This document shows, one piece after another, positions 47,730 through 55,177 of a DNA stretch of 64,000 bases (within the stretch, counting starts at the first letter, position 1; each line of letters starts with the position of its first letter). The DNA is from Candidatus Thorarchaeota archaeon (GTDB taxonomy: Archaea > Asgardarchaeota > Thorarchaeia > Thorarchaeales > Thorarchaeaceae), in contig JAWOEX010000019.1 of the NCBI GenBank assembly GCA_046482545.1, positions 1 through 64,000 on the forward strand, given 5' to 3'. The notes beneath the pieces were generated by a model. The model was not told where the DNA came from, did no database searches, and was given only the letters and a program-made list of their open reading frames with translations. Both the position numbers and the translations under genes were made by a program.

Positions 47730-49534
47730 TCACGGCAATTCGGTCTTTTCTTCATAGATTTCAGGCAGGAAATAGGTTCCAATAATGGCAACTGCTATCA
47801 TTATGGCTATCACAACTGTAAGTCCCGGGAGATTATAGGGGGAAAGGCAAAACCCCCAACTGCTGGTCCAATTAGCATACCAGAGCCGAAGAAAATGCTA
47901 TGCACTCCCATGGTAGCACCCCGTGTTTCTTCCTCAGACACATCGGTAAGATAAGCCATGGATGCTGGTGGTATATACCAGCGAGATATCCAAGAGCTGG
48001 TAGAAGCGGCCATTTCGACCAAAGTGCGCTGATATTATCAGAATTTGCTAGCAGCAGATATGCAAGCACACCAAAACCCAAGAGACCGCTAATAATGAAT
48101 GGCCGACGTTTTTTCAAGCAATCGGATAGATACCCATGGCGATGATGCCCAGAAGCAAGGCTCTTCTAAGCATTCCGAACAGAATTATGAACTCGATGGC
48201 TGTGATGTAGAATTCGCTTTCGATAATACGCTGAGCATATCCAATGAGAAGACCGTACATTGAAATGATTGGCACGTAGAATAGTATCATCTTCTGAATT
48301 CTGCGGTCACTAGCTACTTCTTTTACAAGATCTGAAACACTCATTTGGACTTGAATATCCGTTCGGGTTTCCGAAAACCCGATATTTGCTATGAGTCCGC
48401 TAATAAGACAGGCTTAACCTGTAATTCCCAGAATGAGAACCGGCATGAAACCAAACTCCAGCAGAATGGCTCCCATTCCATAACCACTGATGAGCCCCAT
48501 CAGTGTTGAAAGATTGTAATAGCTCATGAGATTTGCCCCATTGTCCTTCGCTGACATGTCTCGTATCATAGATAGGGCTGTTGACCCCTCCCAAGCGGCT
48601 CCTAAACCAAAGATGACTGATGCAATCAAAAGAATTGGGACGTTCGGAGTAAAAGCAAAGCTAAGTGCAGCAAATCCCGTTATGAAGAGGCTTGTAATCA
48701 GAATGGGGTTTCTTCCGATTTTGTCACTATATGATCCGAAGAATGAGACTGACGTCAATTCTGCTACGGGATAGACTAGCATTACTGCTGCTATCTCCAG
48801 CACATGTGTTCCTCCACCCATGTATGAAGAACTCTGGAGTGCTCGGAATTTTACAAAATCCTAAATAAATCGGCACATAGAAGTGTAAGATTTCTGTAAG
48901 ATGTGACGTGAACCGATGGACCCGTCCAAAACGGTGTGTTTACCTTCTCTCTTCTCGAGCACTAGGGGGCTCTATTCCCTGCAGTACGAAACAACTCTAC
49001 AGTAGGACTAGGCAAGTGGGCTAGTGCTCTGTCACGAAGCACGCGGCCGAAACCCTAAGAGAAGACTCTGCTTCTCGACGGAAGTCCTCACTCTCCATAC
49101 AGGACCTTCATTCAAGGTCCGGAGAGTCCGCGGCTGTTCACCATGTCCAGACGGACCTCCTCAGCGGCGGCGACAAAGCTGAGTCGGGTGATCATGACCA
49201 CGCCGTGGCAAGCACTGTGGAAGACCTCGCTGTTGCCGGGAGTGATGACCCGGGATGACGACAGGAGAAGGAAGCCAGGACCGCGGGAGGAATCCCATTC
49301 CGGTGAACCCGGACGAAGCCCGTGCTGACTCAAGGGTCTACGGGTATCTTGGGGGCGGCGGCGCTGGCAGGGGAAGGGTGGAACACAGAAATTTCATGCA
49401 GTGTACGCAACTGTAAGAAACAGGTAATGTGAATTACTGCGATACTGATGTAGAAGGATGCCCGTACTATGATAGTGAATGTGTAAAGTGCAATGAGATT
49501 CAGGGTATGTTCTGAGGATTTAAGGCCTCTTCAT
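47730..49534 (-). pseudogene. MFS transporter pseudogene interrupted by repeat copy C, with several frameshifts
   Basis: TM1 (LNLIALYTFTIIVRASFYISIAVI) lies at 49430-49520; the rest (QSSSYM..GSYSDKIGR; DVSEEETRGATMG) lies at 47730-48840 in several frames. Confidence 0.85.
48849..49429 (+). mobile_element. Structured non-coding repeat element, copy C (long form, ~581 bp)
   Basis: Colinear with B; inserted inside the MFS gene; degenerate flanking repeats at 48835-48848 and 49430-49443. Confidence 0.9.
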
Positions 49535-49601
49535 TTAATCTCCTGTTTCTGCTCGTGTGAATCACTCTCTTTTTATAAGCTCTGGTTAGACTACGCTTAC
49601 C

Positions 49602-49964
49602 ATGTCCACTGAGAAACCATCATCGGCTACGGGATCTCGGGAGTATGTCTATCTGACCCTGTACCGACTGAAAGATCTCACAGACAAAGAGAAGAGAGAC
49701 TGGTTTGAGAAGTGGTCTGAAATCCGGAATTCTTTGCCTGAAGGAATCCGTATTGTCACAGAGGCGGGGAATGCTTTCGGTACTGATTTCACAGGCTTCA
49801 CCGTTTTTGAAGGCCCATTTGAAGCATTTGGCCAGCTCATGTCTACCTTAGAAAGGCATGCAGGAGCGCTTGTTGAGAAAACATATACTATAATCGGTAC
49901 CAAGGGCCTATTTGATCCCTATTATGGTATCAAGCAAATAATGGAGAAAAGACCAATTGACTGA
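49602..49964 (+). CDS. Hypothetical protein (dimeric alpha/beta-barrel-like possible)
   Basis: 120-aa ORF with TATA-like TTTATAA upstream. Confidence 0.7.
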   Translation: MSTEKPSSATGSREYVYLTLYRLKDLTDKEKRDWFEKWSEIRNSLPEGIRIVTEAGNAFGTDFTGFTVFEGPFEAFGQLMSTLERHAGALVEKTYTIIGTKGLFDPYYGIKQIMEKRPID

Positions 49965-50051
49965 ACATTGTATCTCTTCTATCATTGCCGCAGTGCCCCC
50001 CTTTTTAGAGGGTTAATCTGCGAGAACACATAGGAATATACGCGCCGAGGG

Positions 50052-51821
50052 ATGCATTTGTCGTACCGTATATCGAAAAAGACTGTCATCGTTTTGACAA
50101 TCGCCCTTGTTGCTGGCGTTGTGAGTTATCATATTGCTCCCACTGACATACGCCCCGGCAATTACCAAGCTACTCTGACTATAGATTCGCCCGAAATCTC
50201 TCTTGAACACTCAATACCTATTGAAGTAGTTGAGAGTGGTGAGATTGAACAAAGCACAGTGTTCCTGATAGGGGATTCAACAAATGTGAGTATGACCGCC
50301 AGAACGGTTTTGCCAATCAACACGGATACGCCGTTCCGTTTTGTGGTTCAGTACGCAGGGGAGCCTTTGAAAGCAAGTGAAATCTTAGTTAGGATAACCA
50401 ACAATGCAGGGTATAATCAAACGGTGAGACCAACACTACAACGTGATAACGAATTCATCATTGAGCATCAACCTCTCGTTCATTCAAAAGCCGCTGTTGC
50501 AATACTTACTGTCGTAGGGATATTGTGGTTTACTGAAGGTATTAGTCTCGTTGCTACTTCAATAATGATTCCAGTCATGGTTATCCTAGCCAACATCAGA
50601 ACCCCTACAGAAGCACTGAATCCGTTTTTTGACCCTTCTGTGGCACTAATCCTTGGTGGATTCTTGATCGGGCGTGCACTTAGCAAATACGAATTAGACA
50701 AACGTCTTGCCTTAATGATCCTTTCTCGAAGTGCAGGCAGTGGCTCAAGTCTCGTACTGACTGTTATGGGTGTTAGTGCGTTCCTTTCTATGTGGATTAG
50801 CAATACTGCTTCTGCTGCAATCATGATTCCGATTGCGATTGCAATTATATCCAAAATTGAGAGCAAGGAAACCAGAAACATGTATGGAAAAGTACTGGTT
50901 TTGGCCGTAGCATATTCCGCCACGGTGGGTGGAGTAGGAACTCTTGTAGGCTCTCCTCCGAATCCACTTGCAGCAAAATATATCAACTCATTTCTTGGCA
51001 TGGAATTCAGTTTCATTGACTGGATTCCTTACGGGCTACCAGTTGTTATTATCATGCTTCCAATCATCTGGCAATGGTTGATGTTTCGTTTCGACTTGCC
51101 AAAAGACATCGAAGAGATTCAGAACTTGAAGACGGTTTCTAAGGAAGAATACCTTCGACTAGGATCGATGTCTACACAACAGAAGCTTGTTGTAGCGGTT
51201 TTCTCGGGCGTAGTTGTTTTCTGGCTTACAGAACAGATTCCTGATGTGCTTGCTAATGCGATAGGTTGGTCAGGCCACGGAATATCGAGTTCGGTTACTG
51301 CCTTGGGCGGCGGCCTATTGCTACTGATTCTTGGTCTCTTGGATGAGAAAGATGTCTCCCACGAGATTAGCTGGTCGTCTCTTTTGATTCTGGGAAGTGG
51401 TATTGTACTTGGTGGTGCTATGATTGATACTGGTCTTTCAACCTACATCGCAACGCAGATGGATGCACTGGGAGCTTTGCCTCAATTGCTCGTGATTATC
51501 ATAATAGGTGCCGTAGCCATTATCATCACCATGATTGCCTCCAATACGGGTTCTGCAGTTATTCTAATACCTATTGCAATACCCTTGGCCACAGGACTTG
51601 AGATTGACCCATTACTGATTACGATGGTAATCGCTATAGCCGTATCAATGGACTTCGCTCTACCTACAGGCACACCTCCGTCGACGATAGCTTACAGTAC
51701 AGGGAAAGTAGAAATGCGAGAAATGGTGACAACCGGTGTCATTGTTGACCTGATTGCTTTGCTCATAGTTACCGTTGTAGTTGTCTATTTGTGGTCACTG
51801 GTAGGGTTAGTGGTATTATGA
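50052..51821 (+). CDS. SLC13/DASS family anion:sodium symporter with N-terminal extracellular extension
   Basis: LSMWISNTAS, GTLVGSPPN, SNTGS, LPTGTPP. Confidence 0.9.
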   Translation: MHLSYRISKKTVIVLTIALVAGVVSYHIAPTDIRPGNYQATLTIDSPEISLEHSIPIEVVESGEIEQSTVFLIGDSTNVSMTARTVLPINTDTPFRFVVQYAGEPLKASEILVRITNNAGYNQTVRPTLQRDNEFIIEHQPLVHSKAAVAILTVVGILWFTEGISLVATSIMIPVMVILANIRTPTEALNPFFDPSVALILGGFLIGRALSKYELDKRLALMILSRSAGSGSSLVLTVMGVSAFLSMWISNTASAAIMIPIAIAIISKIESKETRNMYGKVLVLAVAYSATVGGVGTLVGSPPNPLAAKYINSFLGMEFSFIDWIPYGLPVVIIMLPIIWQWLMFRFDLPKDIEEIQNLKTVSKEEYLRLGSMSTQQKLVVAVFSGVVVFWLTEQIPDVLANAIGWSGHGISSSVTALGGGLLLLILGLLDEKDVSHEISWSSLLILGSGIVLGGAMIDTGLSTYIATQMDALGALPQLLVIIIIGAVAIIITMIASNTGSAVILIPIAIPLATGLEIDPLLITMVIAIAVSMDFALPTGTPPSTIAYSTGKVEMREMVTTGVIVDLIALLIVTVVVVYLWSLVGLVVL

Positions 51822-51872
51822 CATCGCATCAGTTTTAAAGCATAGTTTCACCAGAATTGAAATAGGTGACAA

Positions 51873-52634
51873 ATGATGAACTGGATTACCAAGATGGTGA
51901 AAGGCAACCCAGATGAATTTGCCCATGCGCAGTTGGTTAAGTACGGACTAGGGACTCACCCCGGCCCGAGAGCTGAACTCCGCTTTACCAGCAAGAAAAT
52001 ATGGTTCAAGGGTGATTTGGGCACGGAGAAGATATTTCTGAGAGCCTATCTGAAAGGTGTACCAGAGGGTAGTCAGAAGGTCAATGGCTATATTGTCACC
52101 TATGAGAACAGACAAGAAGATTTTGACCGGATAACTGCTCCACTCATTTTTAAGGAGAAGTCAGGCAAGACTGCAACCACTTACAAGGCTCCATTCAAAG
52201 AGGTTGTTCCTTTATCTCATCTGAAGGAGCTTATGGAGGTAGATGGTCCAACGACGTTCTTTATGCTTTCTATTAAACCCAAGAGCGGCGAGAAAGCTTG
52301 GAAGATCGACATTAAGAAACGGTTCCCTAAAGGAAGGAAGCGTACCGATGATGAGAAAGCTCCAAATTTTGTGAAAGGAAGTCTAAAGCACCTCCCTGAG
52401 CTTCGTGAACATCTGATTGAACAGCTATTTCCTGAGATGAAGGATGAAATTCCTGAAGATGTTGGGAAAATCGAGCTTGACACGGACCTAGTTATTGAAG
52501 ACATAGAAATTCCCAAGGATCCAGATATGTCCTTTGCAGAAAAACGGAAGACTGCAAAGAAGTCTGGGAAACTTGTCAGGATCGTAACGATTGATGGTGA
52601 AGATCACGAGTTCGAGACTGAATTCTACGTCTAG
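51873..52634 (+). CDS. Hypothetical protein
   Basis: 253 aa; SD AGGTGA. Confidence 0.75.
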   Translation: MMNWITKMVKGNPDEFAHAQLVKYGLGTHPGPRAELRFTSKKIWFKGDLGTEKIFLRAYLKGVPEGSQKVNGYIVTYENRQEDFDRITAPLIFKEKSGKTATTYKAPFKEVVPLSHLKELMEVDGPTTFFMLSIKPKSGEKAWKIDIKKRFPKGRKRTDDEKAPNFVKGSLKHLPELREHLIEQLFPEMKDEIPEDVGKIELDTDLVIEDIEIPKDPDMSFAEKRKTAKKSGKLVRIVTIDGEDHEFETEFYV

Positions 52635-52705
52635 TCTTCAACCGTGATGTTTAAATTCGCCTTACCGTGGAAGTGCATCAGAAAACAGCGAGGAAGCCAA
52701 AAGAA

Positions 52706-52930
52706 ATGCAGGAATGGTTTGACTGGATTGAACAGATTACCTTAGAGGGGTCATTCATCTACATATCGATATTGTTCTTTGTGATGGGATTATTTGCTTT
52801 CGGATGGCTCGCTGTACACGTAGAGCATGGTCGACACTTCTCGAACTCTAGGGTGTTCTTTGCTACTGTTTTAGGTTCGCTTCTTCTTGGTTTCGCATTT
52901 CATTTTCTCTTGTTAGCCTATGGAATGTAG
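52706..52930 (+). CDS. OST5/TMEM258-like small two-TM protein
   Basis: G.F...W....; SLLLGFAFHFLLLAYGM resembles the TMEM258 C-terminal helix (recalled SLFMGFGVLFLLLWVGIYV). Confidence 0.65.
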   Translation: MQEWFDWIEQITLEGSFIYISILFFVMGLFAFGWLAVHVEHGRHFSNSRVFFATVLGSLLLGFAFHFLLLAYGM

Positions 52931-53011
52931 GTGGGCAGTCTGCCCATACTGGCTAGGAATCCATCATTTCGTTGAATATCGAAGAACCATTCGTTATTTC
53001 GTTAATTCTGA

Positions 53012-54301
53012 GTGATTTCGCCACACTATGAACGCACAACATCTATTTATCAAATAAGGAAGACGAGAGATGTCTTGGTTCCGATACCTCATGCTAGATG
53101 CCAAACAGGGGTCCTACAGTTGCTAATTGATTCCGAGATGGAGAAGGTTGCTCTTAAAAGCCGCAAGAGGCTGATCGACGAATTTCGGGAACGGTATACA
53201 ACCCTTCAGAGAAATGTTGATAGAGTTCCAATGGACCGAGCTCGTCAGATTGCAGATGAGATGAATTGCCCGCTCCAAATTGCTATGGTTGCACTTTATC
53301 TCCATATGGAAGGAATCGTGTCGTGTAAGGAAGCTATTAGATTATTGAGCAACGAACTCAGTAGAAGAGCTGAGGTTGGCACTGAGGTTCCCAATCTACC
53401 TGGTAACGTGATGGACTTTGCCCTCTCTGAGGGACGCTGGATTCAACACATATATGACACATTCAATAATGAGATGGAGCGAAAAGTCCGGCAGATGGTC
53501 AACCTGGAGAATACACTGGAAGATGAATCTTTGACCGTGGAGAAAGTAATTTCGGTTCTGAAACGGAGGGCGGAAATAGCGGAAGCTTACGCCACACCTG
53601 TACTTGAGACATGGATTCAGGAGCATCCGCAATCGAACGCTTATGATGCGCTTATGGCTTTTGCTCCCGCAATCACGAAGTGGAAGCCAGCTACTATTGA
53701 AGGCAAGCTGAAATTCAAGCGTAGACAGACCCAAGCATTCTTCAGAAAACTCCATCATGCTCTTGCGCCGATTTCAGATTCAGCTACGATTGATATATCG
53801 GTTGATAAGATTCTAGAGCTGATAGAGAGTCTTGAGGTCGATTTTCGAGAAATGCAAGTTGTAGCTACTTGTCACTTGCTTTTGCATATGGCTCCACGTC
53901 CATCAACCCGTGGGGATCGTTCTAGCTATATTTCTAGAGGAACGTCCAGCACTAGAGGTGGGAAAAGCGAACCGGACATGGAAGGGCCCGTAGACTATCT
54001 TGAGCGTGATGTGAGACTTGCTAAGAGGCGCCCTTCTGATGAACGGAAGGAATACCTAGAGGAAAAAATTGACAGGGTCCTTCGTGTACTAACGCATCTT
54101 GGGAAATCGTCCTTCGGGGCTCTCAATGATTGTCTAATTGAATTGAACAGTAGACTGAATATCGATATGAATTTGGAACCCCTTCTCGATACTGCTAAAG
54201 AGAAATTGAATGGCGTATCTGGTGACCAACAGGAGGCAATTGCCGTTGAAACCGTGTTTAGATTTCTAGATGCCAATTTTTTGGGTGGAGATGAAAATTG
54301 A
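53012..54301 (+). CDS. Hypothetical helical protein
   Basis: Long ORF; true start probably near 53119-53138. Confidence 0.75.
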   Translation: MISPHYERTTSIYQIRKTRDVLVPIPHARCQTGVLQLLIDSEMEKVALKSRKRLIDEFRERYTTLQRNVDRVPMDRARQIADEMNCPLQIAMVALYLHMEGIVSCKEAIRLLSNELSRRAEVGTEVPNLPGNVMDFALSEGRWIQHIYDTFNNEMERKVRQMVNLENTLEDESLTVEKVISVLKRRAEIAEAYATPVLETWIQEHPQSNAYDALMAFAPAITKWKPATIEGKLKFKRRQTQAFFRKLHHALAPISDSATIDISVDKILELIESLEVDFREMQVVATCHLLLHMAPRPSTRGDRSSYISRGTSSTRGGKSEPDMEGPVDYLERDVRLAKRRPSDERKEYLEEKIDRVLRVLTHLGKSSFGALNDCLIELNSRLNIDMNLEPLLDTAKEKLNGVSGDQQEAIAVETVFRFLDANFLGGDEN

Positions 54302-55068
54302 AAACTCCGACCCCTATGTACTGGCTGTTAGATGTGGAAGCCTACGATTTTGATATAGGCGTTTTTGATGGGTGTAAGATGAATGGCAAGGCTCTCATTG
54401 TATCTCGCCAGCTTTGGTCTATCATACGTGGAGAGGAGGTTTTCTCTGCACTTATTGGACCCGGCATATTCAAGGGGCAGGGTGTTGAAGGCAGGCGAAC
54501 TGCAGAAATCCTTGAACCCCTTAGTGCTCTGATTTTTAATCCGTCTGAGCTTCGTCCTGACAAGCCAGTTCCTTTGGTTGACATAATCACCCCTGAAGTA
54601 ATCGATCCTTTGGCCCAGTCGGAGAGCGAAGAAATCATGGCTATGATTAAGTCCCTGCTTGTTGAGAAAGGAAACATTCTACCTGTTGGAGCCATAGCAA
54701 CTGTACGGACGCAAAGCAACATCCCTACAACTGTGCACTGGGATGAAGAGGTGAAGAAAATATCTATCACACACGTATCTGGAACAACACGTGCACGTTT
54801 CATACTCGGAGGCACTAATTCTCCTCTTTATAGACCATTTTCAGAGAGCTTTCGGAATCTACGGTTTAGCGATCCTGACAACTCTAGGATTCTTTCTACC
54901 ACTTCTGGACAGTTTCTGGAATTTGAGAGAAATGATTTCCTAGATACATGGATAATTGTCGAAAAAGCTGACGAGGGCTCTGGCAGTGGATATGAGGACG
55001 TACGAGAGGAGTATCTAAAGGTATACACAGAAATGGTAAAGCATGAAGAATCGTTCATTCTCGAATAG
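54298..55068 (+). CDS. Hypothetical protein
   Basis: 4-nt overlap with the upstream gene (translational coupling). Confidence 0.75.
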   Translation: MKTPTPMYWLLDVEAYDFDIGVFDGCKMNGKALIVSRQLWSIIRGEEVFSALIGPGIFKGQGVEGRRTAEILEPLSALIFNPSELRPDKPVPLVDIITPEVIDPLAQSESEEIMAMIKSLLVEKGNILPVGAIATVRTQSNIPTTVHWDEEVKKISITHVSGTTRARFILGGTNSPLYRPFSESFRNLRFSDPDNSRILSTTSGQFLEFERNDFLDTWIIVEKADEGSGSGYEDVREEYLKVYTEMVKHEESFILE

Positions 55069-55177
55069 CGACTAAACCACAAGAGTCTTTTCTGCAGCTC
55101 TCAGGTCTTCGTGTGAGGCACCTGTTCTGGAAGTTGCTGCTGCTGATATTCGCAATAGGCTCAAGAAGTCATATGCA

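Noticed and set aside
49238-49330. C/D box sRNA (GTGATGA ... CTGA) in copy C
   Set aside because: Box C is GTGTGA in B and lies in a hairpin loop, and there is no guide architecture. A K-loop cannot be excluded.
48849-49429. Group I or group II intron
   Set aside because: No domain V (AGC/CGC triad hairpin), no GUGYG..AY ends and no P7 GACUA/UAGUC pair. The element is antisense to the host MFS gene, which has decayed.
48846-49435. 5-bp GAATT target duplication around copy C
   Set aside because: Joining at GAATT does not restore the MFS frame, and no equivalent 5-bp repeat flanks A or B. The longer degenerate repeat fits all three.
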